Both the position numbers and the translations under genes were made by a program. Of a stretch of 64,000 nt of DNA, positions 11,901-64,000 are shown one piece after another. The notes under the pieces are model-generated. The model was not told the DNA's origin. It did no database searches and saw nothing but the letters and a program-made list of their open reading frames with translations. Every line of letters begins with the position of its first letter. Position 1 is the first letter of the stretch. Source of the stretch: Podarcis gaigeae (taxonomy: Eukaryota); NCBI GenBank assembly GCA_964106915.2, contig OZ066919.1; one strand, written 5' to 3'.

Positions 11901-14900
11901 GGGAAAGTTCTTAAGAACCAATGTACTGTAAAACACTTTTAAAAAATAACAGTATACAGTGGTACCTCTAGATAAGAACGGGATCCGTTCTGAAGCCCCG
12001 TTCGCATCCTGAAGTAAACGTAAGGCGCGAGTGCGCAGGTCGCATTTTGCTACTTCCGCGCATGCGCGTGACGTCATTTTGAGTGTCTGCGTGAGCGGCG
12101 AAACCCGGAAGTAATGCACTCCATTACTTCCAGGTCGCCGCAGAGTGCAACCCGAAAATATTCATCCCAAAACTACTTCAGCCCGAGGTATGACTAATCA
12201 GATTTCAGAATAATCAGATATAGTTATGACCACCTGTCTTTTACTATTAACACCTTATATACTCAGCAATTTATTAAGGCCTGACACTTGTTCATCATAG
12301 AGACAGAGGTTTAAGATTTATCTTGACAGTTTGGTCCTGTTTTATTTTGTAACAGATATATATTTAGACTTATTTATTCACTTCTGTTTATCTACAATTA
12401 CATCTGTTGATGCCAGTTTCTAAATTTGTATCCCATCCCTCCAAGGAACTCAAAAGTAGGTCATCCTACATTTATTATCTTGCTTTTTCTGCAAGATTGG
12501 GTCAAACTACACAATCAAATCAATTGCTTAATAAGCTAGTTTATTAATGAGTGGCATAACCCTTCCATGCCCTTTTGTTCTACCCACTCAGCAAATGGCT
12601 AAGCAGTTCAATAGTCTGTTTATAAAAATAGATTTCTGTTATACATGAGCCTGGAAACCTATGGTTAATGACTTGTGAGATATTAAGCTATGGTTTGAAG
12701 TTAGCTTATTATCTTGGCTTGGTTGCAAAGGTGTTATATACACCCATAAGCCAGGATATGATTTTTGTGAATCAGGCCATCTAGCGGTTGGTCCAAGGTC
12801 AACTAGTGTCCTTCATGACTTAGATCAGGGAGGCCTGCTTTCAAATCCCTGCTAAGTGAAATACCCATTCTGCTACATCACACAAATATATAGCTAAATA
12901 TGTGTTTCACAAATTCTGTTTTCCTTCATTGTACTGCATGTCTTGTTCCTATTTTAGGTGCTTTATTTTTGCCCTGGCTTTAAGACTGGAGTGAAACAAC
13001 TATTTAATATAATTACAAACAAGAAAGAAAGCTTAAAAGGTGACACTGATAAGGTGAGAACATATTGTCTATTATTGGGCATATTGTACATAACAAAAGT
13101 TAGTATATCATGGGTTCAATATAAACAAATCACTTTTGCTCCTTCCTTTGGAAGAAAGTTTATTATGAAAGATGTCACTTCTGTAGCAGGGTAATTTAGA
13201 CTCAGCATGCCTTTAGAGGTGCTTGCCCCATTAGCACAAACCAGTTTGCATTGAAACCACTTGCTATAAGGCTGGAAGGTGGGTGGGAAGTCACCTCCAT
13301 CAGCTTATTGATGCTAACAGGCAGCCCTGCTTGCAAAGGCATTTTGGGGAACTCACTTTAAGATCCTGATTGTTCAATAGTAGCTGTCTATACCTGGTGT
13401 CTTATGTGATGTCAGATGTGGGGCAGGCGGCCATGGTTTGCAGGAAATGACCTTGTGGGTCAAAGTAGGACATCTGCATGCTGGTTGTTCCTCACCCTTG
13501 TTTTAGAACTAGTCAAATGTCTTCCAGGATAGACAGATGATGCTTTATATGGTATCTTTTTATATGGTATGGCATAGAATTAGGACTGAAGCACAATAAA
13601 GATATGTTTGTTAGGGTAATTCTATAGTCACTTTCAGACAGTAAAAGGGTCATTTAATTGACTTTAGTCTTTGGCATTAAGTAAATAACAACCTAATACC
13701 GGTACAATGATGATAACATTTATACATTTGAAATTTTGTATCATAGAATCATAATAGCTTGAGCTGATATGCAAAATGAAAGTAAACACATCAATATTAT
13801 GAAAAAGGATTATAAAATTATGTAACTAGCTAAAAAGAAGGCAAGAAAATTAACTTCCAAATGCAAACACTTATTTTCTCTGTCTTTACAGGGGGGAATT
13901 AAAGAAGATTCTCTTGCAAGCTATGAATTGGTCTGCAGTTTACACTCCTTGATTGTTTCAGTTGAACAGCTTCAGGCCAGCTTTCTCTTAAATTCTGATA
14001 AATACACAGATGAACTTGCAACTCAGCCAAGAAGACTACTAAATACGCTTAGGTACAAAAGATGTGTTTCTAACTATTTATGAAGCAAATGATATGGAAT
14101 CTTGTAATTTGCTACAGGAAGACAGCCTTTTAAGTTTATTGAATTATTCCTATTCACAAATATGTTCTCCAGCTCCTTCTTACAGTAGATGTGTTCATTT
14201 CTAGTCACTTGATAATGTGAGGTAGCTCAGCAACAATGCAGATTAGAGTTTGAACCTGTTCTGTGATCTCTCATATCAGTCAAATTTAAATGACTGATAG
14301 GCAAAAATAACAAATTATCTGTAATATACCAGTTTTTACAAAAGTATATCTCCATAATTCTAAATACATAATAGCCTGCAAAACTGAGCAACTTCATGAA
14401 GCTGAACATCTACCTCCTCATTTTAATTTTGGATCCCCTAAACATAGCGTAGTAACTTGAATTGTACTTAAAATGTGTTACCAAGAAGGGCACCTGCCAA
14501 ATTTGGTTATGCTCATGAACCCCTGTCTAAATTGTGTCATTAAGCTATTTTTTGACTGTGTATATTAGGTAATGTGTTGCATTTTTATTTTAAGGGAACT
14601 GAACCCCATGTATGAGGGATACTTGCAACATGATGCCCAAGAAGTATTGCAGTGTATATTGGGACATATCCAAGAAACATGTCAGCTGTTGAAGGAACAA
14701 CTGAAACCCAGATCACTAGAAGAGCCCACAGCTGAACTAAAGAAAACTACTAATGAGGATACTGGCAGTACTGGTATTGTTGAGGAAGATGTCAGTTTGA
14801 TCTCTGACCAAGCTATTGAGGAGGGTGAAGATAAAACTAACGGAAATGCAAAAAGAAAAAATGATACAGAGGATGGGAATGAAAAGAAAAAATCCAAAGT

Positions 14901-17900
14901 TTCCAAAGAAAAAAATGGAATAGAAGAGAATCAGAGACGGACCAGGTCAAAGAGAAAAGCCCTGGAGGAAAAACTAGAAAATCAATCTGAAGCAACCATT
15001 AAGCATTGCATTGAAAATGAAAATACAAAACCAACCCATAAAAAATCCAGACTTCGATTAAATTGGTTAAAACCTTCAAGCAAGCAACCTAGCATTCTGT
15101 CCAAATTTTGTAGTTTGGGAAAGCTGACAACAAACTTGGGGTTCAAAGAGCCTGTTAAAGAAATAGAAAACTCTGGATTCACAGACAGTTTCCGCAAGTG
15201 TGAAAATGGCAGCCAAGGAACGGAAGACTATTGTGATCCATCATTTATTGAAAGCACTGCCGAAAAAGAAATTGAAAAACAATGCCAGAGAGGTTAGCCT
15301 TATGAGTAACTTGTGTGTGTGCCCAGTTTGCTGAGATCACCTGGCCACATTTTTGTGTTTTCATAGTGGTAGAAGAGATGGAACAAGTCACATGAATTGC
15401 CTCCTTGGCTTGGCTCTTTTTCTTTTTTTACCACAGTCAAGCTATGAGGGCTGTACATGTACATGTTTTGTGGCTTATTAAGACTACAGTTGTATGTTAT
15501 ATACTAGGAAATAAACATCATTTAACTCAATGGGCTTACTTCTGAGTAAACATTTTAGGATAGCACTGTAAACCTAGGAGCAAGACTACTAACCCAATCA
15601 TGTTTCGTGGCTGGGTTTTGTGTCTCACTTTCTCCTGACATTAACTATGCATGGTGGGACACAAGGTGGAAAGAGATTGAGATAGATGTTTAGTTCTAGC
15701 AGTGTAGCTTTCTTGTAGGGCAAAGCAAAGATGGCTGATACTTGCCCTAAGCAAGCAGAACAGTGGCATATTGCAGGGCTGGGTTAAGTAGATCTGAGTT
15801 GGCAAATATAACAAGCCAAAAAGTAATACAGAGAAGGTGGTCAGTGTTTTAACATTTCTAATACTTCTGGATTTAACTTAATGAAAATTGAATCAATAGT
15901 TTTAGTATTTTTAAAAACAAAAACTGAAAATACTGGGATTTCTTTGTAGGGGTAGATTGGTAAAGTTCTTCTTTAGATGTAAGAAGCTGCCTGGAATGGT
16001 TAAGCCTGTATGCTAAGGGATCTTTTATCTTGCCCTATGGAAAACTGTTTCCTACATAATGAATGTTTCTTATACTCCTTTTTGAGTACACATGCTTAGG
16101 GGTGTGCTGGTTGCATCTAAATGATAGGGCTGCAATGACATTAGCGGGTTCAATATCAAGAATGTACCCCCATTGTAGTGCCTAATAATTGAAGTTCCTA
16201 ATAGGAACTACATAGCTCATGTGGAGTGGGATCTAAAGAGATCCAAAGAGCTGTGGATGGAGCTTCCTGCCTTGGCATACAGTTTTTGAACTATACTTTG
16301 GAACATTTCCTCTTGCTGTTTCAGCTGCTCAAAGATATGGGATTTGGCGGAGTAGTGTCATATGCAGTACGAGGAGCTGCAGCAAGATGATGAAATTCGG
16401 AGAACTCTGATAATATCTATTCAGGAAAAGAGTTTAACCTAATCTGGTATGTGCTTTACCTTAGGTTCAGAGTTATCTGTCTTCGATTTAGTGGAGAGAC
16501 TCTTCCAGGGTCAGTTGGTGTTACGAACACGATGTTTAGAGTGTGAGAGTTTCACTGAGAGAAGAGAAGACTTTCAAGATATTAGTGTGCCAGTGCAAAA
16601 AGAAGAGCTCTCAAAAACGGAAGAGAATTCTGAAAGTAAGTATAAACCACAGTAAATTTTAAGTATGCCTGTGATTCACATGCCTGTGTTTGGTAGGAGT
16701 ATGCACACTTTCCTTGCCAACTATAGTTAAATTCTGGGTGTACATTTCTATATATAGTTTTTTTTTTATTTTTTAAGTTGTATCTTGACAACTTGTCACC
16801 TGATGGGTGCTGACAGACATTACCTTTTAAAGTACATATGCAACCATTTTCTTGGAAACAGCTTTTTCCCAGCTTACACTTGATGCCAAGGGTGGGGCAG
16901 GTGGGCATGGTTTGGGGAAAACAGTACTGTGAGTGAAGTTAGGATCCCTGCTGTGCCTAATCGGACCCATGTGCTGGAGTTCCCCTTCTGTGCTGTAGAT
17001 CTGCTAGTGAACCCTCTGCTTGATGAAGGAAATTCAGAGTTACAGCTTTCCCCCAGCAGAGATTGCTATTCAGCTCCCAAGAGCAAGGGCCCCTTCCCAG
17101 TAATTTTGTTCCACTGTCAAACTTAATGTACAGTAACTCTTGTAACTTAAGGTCACTACTTTAGGAAACAAGTCTTTGCCCTCTTCTGTATGACAGCCCT
17201 ACAAGTATCTGGTTGGTTTGTTACATTTTTCTTAGAATGTTTTCATCTGCTGATTTGGTTGCATTTCTGTGCTTTTTAATTTTTTTCATGGCATTAATAA
17301 AATATAAGCTACCTTGGAAGATGCAGATGCATTGGAAGGGTACGGCATAAGTTTTCCAAATAAATATGTCTTTTTTCCAGGTGAAACATACCTAGTTTCT
17401 CCAACTTTTTCTCATAGGCCTTGTTTTCCATATTTCATTATCCTCCACTGAACCAATTCCAATTTGTTTATATGCCCTTTAAAAGCACAACACCCAAAAC
17501 TGGATATAGTACCTTGGATGTACAGAATAAGGTGACACTGTTATTTAGAAACTAAGATTCTTTGAATACAGCCCCAGAATTGTATTAGCCTTTTTGCAGT
17601 TGCACCACACTGATCAAACCTTCTGAGAGAAGAAATAGGTGTGTGCCAGAGGGGTGGTTGATGTGAATGTGCTCAGTATGGTATTTCAGTTGGTGAATAT
17701 TGTTATCCTATAAAACAGGCATAGGCAAACTCTGCCCTCCAGATGTTTTGAGACTACATTTCCCATCATCCCTGACCACTGGTCCTGTTAGCTAGGGATG
17801 GTAGTTGTAGTCCCAAAACTTCTGGAGGGCTGAGTTTGCCTATGCCTGCTATAAAATGTCCCCATTCTGGTTGCTTAGAAATGTGTGGTCATACCAGTCT

Positions 17901-20900
17901 GTAACGTGCTGAAATGAAGCATGGCAATCTACGCAAGACAGATACTTCCTATAATACAGGTCTTAGTTATATGGAAGGGTGCATGGCTCTAGGATTCTGC
18001 AGGTTTCTAGGATGGTGTTAAACCCCTTCCCCACCTTAAAGAAACTGCCTTCTGTTTGGTTGTGCTGAAGTATGGAGATTAGGAATTGGCTTTGGAGAGT
18101 CATGAGATCACAGCAGAACATAAGCTTTGGAACCCTGATGTGTAATTCGGTGTGTAATTCTCTAGGATTCTGGCACTTTTTAAAACATTTACTCACATGT
18201 CCTGCACTCATATTATCGTGGTCAACAACCTGATTTGTATTTAACTGCTTACAGTATTGGGCAAACTAAATATAAGCAACTTTTTTTTGTAGTTTCTCCA
18301 GATCCCAAAACAGAAGTGAAGACTCTGAAGTGGGCAATTTCCCAGTTTGCTTCAGTGGAGAGGATTGTGGGAGAAGATAAATATTTCTGTGAAAACTGTC
18401 GTCATTACACAGAAGCTGAACGCAGTCTTCTATTTGACAAAATGCCTGAAGTTATAACCATCCACTTGAAGTGCTTCGCGGCTAGAGGATTAGAGTGAGT
18501 ATAGTTAATAAACCACATTGAACAACCTGACTACTGGAAGTAAAACTTTGCACAAATATAAAATAATAAAATGGAACCCACATCAAGTGAATTTAACTTC
18601 TGGAAAGAAGAGCATGAACTATATTGTTAGGTATCCCAAAATATATTGTTGAGATTGTGCTTCCCATGGAATTTGCACAGTAGCTCAGTTCCTCTAAGCA
18701 TGAAGGGAGAGAGAGCAGTGGGACATATCCTGCAGCTTCTTACATCCTTAACAACAAAGATATACACTCTTGGGGATCTTGTGTGATCAGTGTTTCTGAA
18801 GGCAGGGAGGGCAGATACATATAGGTACACAAAGACTTCCAGAAATGGTGTGCCTAAAATTATTTGTTCTTGCTACTACTTTTTTTTGGGGGGGGGGGGG
18901 AGGATTAGTGTTAAAAGTTTACAGCTCATTCCAAATTGTATGCATGCAAATATCCCTCCTATGGCAAGATCTGCCAGGACAAGCAGCTCTGGATGCAGTG
19001 TATCTCCCAATCCTAGTTTAGCCAAAGATATGAAGGTGTAAGTTGCTTAACCCACTTAAGCTGAAGCTGGTGTTAGTCCTCAAAACGGGGTGTAGTGGGG
19101 CAGGACTAGGGAAGGCTGGATTCTAAGCTCATCCAGCTCAGTCACATGACTTGGCAACCTAGTGTAGAACACTTATTTTTAAAAGGCTTGTTTTCCCTCA
19201 ACCAGGTTTGGCAGTAGCAGCACTGCTGCTTAATGGAGTTTGCATCTGCTGTAATTTTACAGTGGCTTAATTTACATCAGCGTGCTTCCAGAGGATTGCT
19301 CCCTTAGTGTGCATGTACCTTTAAGCAAAATCCTCCTTCTAAAATAAAAGTCATGTGCTTCATTGTCATTAGTTTGGTCACAGTCAAGTACTTGTAACTC
19401 ATGCTTTGTTGGGAAAGCAGCCAATATTAAATTCTACTCACCTGGTGATGAATATTTTCTTCAACAGGTAGACTGTGCTAAAGCAGACCTAAATACTACA
19501 AAGTGGACAGTTGTCTAGAGAAATAAAAATAAATTAGGCAATAGTACAGTAATAGTATTTTATGCGAGTGTGCCTAAACAAGCGAGCACCCCATTAGCCA
19601 GGAAAGACTGCTGGGTAACTTCCTTGATTGCTTCTAGGCACGGTGAGAATCAATTGTCTTGGCTTATTTGCCATTATTTTTTTCACCAGTTGCAAACTCT
19701 CAAAAGACTTAAATGATTAAGATCTATCTACTAATAAATGTGTGTTAGAATATGTATCCTATTCTTCCCACTGTTTCTTGTATCTTATGGAAGGTCTTAA
19801 CAAATATTTTAAAACAAGTATCTCTTCCACTGTAGTCCCACATTATAATTATTTAGGTCATGTTCATAATGCATAAAATATATTGCCAAATAAACCCTGT
19901 TCTTAATTTTCCACTATTGTATGGCTTTTCTTGCTATTTAAACACCAATCAGCATATAATTATAGACTATCTTTTGTAAGCTTTCAAACATTAGATACCT
20001 CAGGCAAAAACCAGTGGATTGTAATAAAAACAAGGCAACCAACAGTTCCTGCTGTTATTTTACTGGAAGTTTAAGTGTAAATTAAAGGCATATCTGAAAT
20101 TGAATTATCTATTGAGTGGATTCTCTCAACTGTCCCCAATATGAATTTCACTGTTGCGAAACATGAAATTATTTTACAGTTTGTAAGTGCAAAGACATGA
20201 GGGGAAATTAGCTGGTGTCTTGTAGTGCTTATTCAGAAATACCTATGCAAATTGCTTACCTGTTGGGCTGTCTTTTGAAATACCTAATTGTCAAAAAATA
20301 ATAATTTTTCTTTGTAATAGTTAAAAAAATGAAAAAAGTTGCTGATGTTCAGTCACTTGATTTGTTACAGCAAGAAATTAAGTACAGTATCTTAATATGT
20401 TGGAGATCTAAAAGCTAAGCACTAGAGTACCTCATTTTGGCTCAATGTTTGCAGTATTACTTGGTGATAATGCAATTTTAAGAGAATCCAAGTTTAAGAG
20501 TGACTGATATCCTACAGCAACAGGAAAGCAAACTAGCTGAATTTTAAAATTTAAAAGTTTTATTTTTTTAAAGGAGCGGTGCAAAGTGACAACATAATCT
20601 ATTTATTACATTTCTCCCCAAGGTTTGATTGTTACGGTGGGCTGTCCAAGATAAATACTCCTTTACAGACACCTCTCAAGCTGTCTTTGGATGACTGGAG
20701 CATAAACCCAGGCAACGAAATATATGGACTGTTTGCTGTAGTGATGCACAGTGGTATTACAATCAGCAGTGGGCACTACACAGCCTCTGTTAAAATTACA
20801 AATTTGGATAGCTTGGAATTGGACAAGGACAATTTAATAAGTGATCCATTTTGTAAAATTCACCCAGAGCCACTGAATGAACAAGAAGCAAGAGCTGTCA

Positions 20901-21343
20901 CTGAGGACTATGACGACGGTGAGGTCTCCTTTAGAGTCAGTGGAAGTGCTCAGCCTAACAAAGGACTGAACAAAAAGAATATAGAAGCTGTGGGGCTTCT
21001 TGGAGGACAAAAGAGCAAGCTGAACTGTGATTTGCCAAGCAACAAAGCAACCCATTCTGAGATGATGGCTAACATAGTCACTGAAACTAAAAATGCAGAG
21101 CATACCCATGCTAAAGGAGTTGCGGAGTTTGAACGCTGTGGGCAAACTGATCCTGCTATTGGACTAGAAAATAAAGCAATGCATATAATGCAGAGCTTGA
21201 AAGAGTATGAGGGGAAATGGCTACTTTTTGATGATTCCGAAGTGAAAGTTACAGAGGAAAAAGACTTTCTCAACCTTCTGTCCCCCATTTCCTCATCTAC
21301 ATCTACTCCTTACCTGCTGTTTTATAAGAAAATTGTAGAGTGA
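8756..21343 (+). CDS. USP1: Ubiquitin carboxyl-terminal hydrolase 1, complete spliced CDS: join(8756..8925,10923..11052,12958..13053,13892..14052,14595..15292,16465..16635,18293..18494,20623..21343), 2349 nt, 782 aa
   Basis: Translation matches vertebrate USP1 throughout (MPGVLPS...RLSLKFFQK, GLNNLGNTCYLNSILQ, QHDAQE, SSGHYTA, GLLGGQKS, WLLFDDSEV, TPYLLFY). All introns are GT-AG and the phases join. Confidence 0.98.
9458..9661. mobile_element. Penelope-like element remnant (inverted pseudo-LTR fragments) with hammerhead ribozyme motif
   Basis: 75-bp inverted arms (9458-9532 / 9550-9624), tail gcagaccaacacggctacc, 12-bp flanking direct repeat AAAAAGTGAACT (9446-9457, 9662-9673). Confidence 0.85.
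9510..9547 (-). ncRNA. Minimal type I hammerhead ribozyme motif (PLE-type)
   Basis: GUAU-CUGAAGA-A-GUGUGC AU GCACAC-GAAAGCUC-AUAC: both core boxes, stem I, stem II and a short palindromic stem III. Confidence 0.7.
10138..10386 (-). mobile_element. Sauria SINE, 5'-truncated
   Basis: taaaggtaaagg tail and gtgctttcgaactgctagg core on the reverse strand. Confidence 0.88.
10455..10810 (+). mobile_element. Sauria SINE, rearranged (inverted 5' piece 10455-10518, body 10530-10810)
   Basis: ttagcagttcgaaagca core, catgctggccacatgacc, tttacc tail. Confidence 0.85.
10923..11052 (+). CDS. USP1: USP1 coding exon 2 (Cys box; catalytic Cys codon 11029-11031)
   Basis: gacag|T GAC CAG...PFVGLNNLGNTCYLNSILQ|gtaagt. 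Confidence 0.97.
11208..11466 (-). mobile_element. tRNA-derived SINE (Squam3-like) with (TCT)n tail
   Basis: Minus strand GAGCCAGTGTGGTGTAGTGGTTAAGAGC...GGTTCGCGTC head with A/B boxes; CTT-repeat tail. Confidence 0.85.
11957..12196. mobile_element. Tigger-like MITE
   Basis: TA-CAGTGGTACCTC...GAGGTATGACT; inverted copy of 4796-5041. Confidence 0.82.
12958..13053 (+). CDS. USP1: USP1 coding exon 3
   Basis: tttag|VLYFCPGFKTGVKQLFNII...TDK|gtgaga. Confidence 0.95.
13892..14052 (+). CDS. USP1: USP1 coding exon 4
   Basis: ttacag|GGIKEDSLASYELVCSL...ELATQPRRLLNTL AG|gtacaa. Confidence 0.95.
14595..15292 (+). CDS. USP1: USP1 coding exon 5 (QHDAQE and insert 1 with NLS-like basic clusters)
   Basis: ELNPMYEGYLQHDAQEVLQCILG...KQPSILSKFCSLGK...; taag acceptor, G|gttagc donor. 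Confidence 0.95.
16465..16635 (+). CDS. USP1: USP1 coding exon 6
   Basis: LVERLFQGQLVLRTRCLECESFTERREDFQDISVPV; ttag acceptor, gtaagt donor. Confidence 0.96.
17365..17615 (-). mobile_element. Degenerate CR1 LINE fragment
   Basis: Resembles CR1 3' ORF2 sequence (caaaactggatatagtacc, attagcctttttgcag); heavily diverged. Confidence 0.45.
17716..17848. mobile_element. hAT (Charlie-like) palindromic MITE
   Basis: TIR CAGGCATAGGCAAACTC / GAGTTTGCCTATGCCTG; perfect 8-bp TSD CTATAAAA. Confidence 0.9.
18293..18494 (+). CDS. USP1: USP1 coding exon 7
   Basis: SPDPKTEVKTLKWAISQFASVERIVGEDKYFCENCRHYTEAE...; tgtag acceptor, gtgagt donor. Confidence 0.96.
20623..21343 (+). CDS. USP1: USP1 last coding exon (His box His codon 20774-20776; GG autocleavage codons 21002-21007; stop)
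   Basis: FDCYGGLSKINTP...MHSGITISSGHYTASV...GLLGGQKS...FDDSEV...TPYLLFYKKIVE*. Confidence 0.97.
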
Positions 21344-21529
21344 GGTTGTATTTTAACTATGTAAATAAGTTTAGCATCTGATCAGCACTGAAGAGCACCT
21401 ATGAAGCTACAGAATGATTCACCAGACTTAAGATTCTGTAAAAATGAGATGATTTTTTTAAAGTGGGTAATTATCTTTATAGTTTATATACAGATCATAG
21501 CAATACAAACCTATATATATAGTCTGTTG

Positions 21530-21881
21530 AATAAAATGCTTTAAGAGCACAGTAGCATTTAAAGGTGGTTCTAATTTTGTCACACTACTCATGTTCGCTC
21601 TCTTTAAAAATAAAGTTATTTGTACTCATATTCTAGAGTGTATAGTTGATATAAATAAATCCAGTTGCTTTTGCAAACAAATTTTTTTTTCTTTATTTAT
21701 AAAGCCATAGGACCTGAAAAAGTAATTGCTTCTTTTGTGCCCTTACCCTTCTCCATTGTTCCTCATATAGTCAAAATATGCGGTGGGATGCTCATCTCAG
21801 TTTCAAGGTAGGAATGCATACATGACTTGGTGTTTCAGTTTTATTTCTGAGTTCAGGTTACGCTATTTTAGTATAAATAAA
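21530..21881 (+). terminator. Candidate USP1 polyadenylation signals (AATAAA at 21530, 21609, 21654, 21876)
   Basis: Hexamers in the AT-rich 3' UTR after the stop codon; which is used cannot be determined from sequence. Confidence 0.55.
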
Positions 21882-22885
21882 CTACTGCAATTTTTCTTTA
21901 AAAGATAAGCATAGCTAGGTACCAATACAGAGGGTTCCAGTTTCTAAGGACCACTTCACATTTTAGGCATGCAGTACTTTTGAAGGCAACTGTATCCATG
22001 GGTTGCATAAGGGAGGTTTGATTGGTTGGTACTTTCTATTGAATGTACAAGTGATGCTAAAACTAGGTTTGGTTTTGGGTAATCTGTGAACTGAATTTGC
22101 AATGTACTCACTCCACTTACCTTAACACTATTCTAACAGTAGTGGCTTTTACAGATTTCATCCCTTTCAAATATGATTTCTAATTGAACACAAGGTGGAC
22201 TAAAGGTATTTTTGGTTAAAGGCAGTTACCACATTTTCCAGTATGCTGGCATAGTTTTCGAAGAGAATCATAAAATTTTGCACTAGGCATATCTACTGAG
22301 AAGTTGATACTGAGAAAAAACTCTAAAGCAGTGACTAAATGTTTGTCAATCAACTGAATTGAAATGGGGCTTGCTCTCAAATAAGGGGTTAGGATTGCAG
22401 CCTTGATGCTGAACTAGCAGTTTGCAAAAAACAGGCATCACTGAAGCGGTAGTAGTGTTATGTAATGAATACATCATGTGAACACCCAGTCTACTTTATA
22501 CAAGTCCTTCCTTCCTGTGCAGCATCCTTTGCTGAAGCCAGCTTAGCCTTGCAACAGGAATGAAAGAGACGAGCTACTTAGCACCTCATGTCTGCTTGAA
22601 AGCCAAAAGTCTCTGCTTCACTTTCAGTGACCCAAACCAGTATTTGAAACTGGAAATTAGCGCTTTAGAAACAGGTTGGCTTTTGTGGACCCCCATATCC
22701 CCAAGGTCATCCCAGCATTTTGAGGCACAAGCCCAATGTAACTGTAGCCACGTGACACAAAAAGTTTAAAAATGAAAGCATCCTTAAAAAGCATTTTGTA
22801 CTTACCTTTCTCTAGGATCTTTTTTCACACAAAGATGAATTTTAAAAGCTGGCACACCAAGAAATAAAGTGTAAACATTCAAATA

Positions 22886-22891
22886 TTTAAT
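22886..22891 (-). terminator. Candidate DOCK7 poly(A) signal ATTAAA (an AATAAA also lies at 23225-23230)
   Basis: Lies at the end of the very AT-rich 3' UTR block. Confidence 0.5.
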
Positions 22892-23322
22892 GGTACCATT
22901 AAAATAAACACTGCATTAAAAATGGTTTAAATGCATTTGCAAATGCTCCTAATATAAAATAAATATATGAACTAAAACAAAAACAAATTTAACATTAAAG
23001 AATGCTATAAATAATGGTTGATGCATTTGGAGTACCTCTGAATATTAAAAAATGCCTTAAAAAACAGTTGTGTTTACAGTCTCACCAGTAGTTTGTATAC
23101 TGTTGCCATGGGGTTAAAAAAGGTTTGAAGTCTATATAATAATTCAGAAGGGAAATTTGGCCACTTAACACTTCCATGTAAATTGGTAAAATGTGTGCAT
23201 GGTGTCCTGAACAAAGTCCAAAGTTTTATTTCCAAATAAAACTTATAAAAAATTCCCGGTATTGATGACACTGCACTCGTTTGTTCAGTACCTTAAAATT
23301 CTTAAAGTGTATTTTAAGGTGC

Positions 23323-63930
<40,608 letters not shown>

Positions 63931-64000
63931 TCAACAAGGTGGCATGAGGCGGAATACCGTATACCAAACCAACACTAGTTCCACTTCAAGTACCAGTCAC

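Overview
Vertebrate genomic DNA from a squamate reptile; the Sauria SINE/Squam-type repeats point to a lacertid lizard. The window holds two convergent genes. USP1 is complete on the + strand: CpG-island promoter at about 7.0-8.8 kb and 8 coding exons from 8756 to 21343, giving 782 aa with an intact Cys box, His box and Gly-Gly autocleavage site. The 3' ~60% of DOCK7 is on the - strand: 28 exons from 63905 down to the stop at 23323, about 1263 codons in unbroken phase, including the DHR-2 GEF domain. This matches the conserved USP1-DOCK7 tail-to-tail synteny. The most notable non-obvious elements are: (1) a 15-nt DOCK7 microexon (STGWE) with a tandem 3' splice site 9 nt apart (DGK) at the next exon; (2) a candidate 18-nt frame-preserving DOCK7 microexon (SHKPAR) with an SRRM3/4-type UGC signature; (3) a young Penelope-like insertion in USP1 intron 2 with a 12-bp target-site duplication (TSD), a minimal hammerhead ribozyme motif and a 75-bp hairpin; (4) an overlapping USP1 uORF that acceptor choice could switch on or off. 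The rest is intronic or intergenic sequence with SINEs, L1/L2/CR1/RTE fragments, Tigger-like and hAT-like MITEs, and microsatellites. Most entries in the ORF track are spurious.
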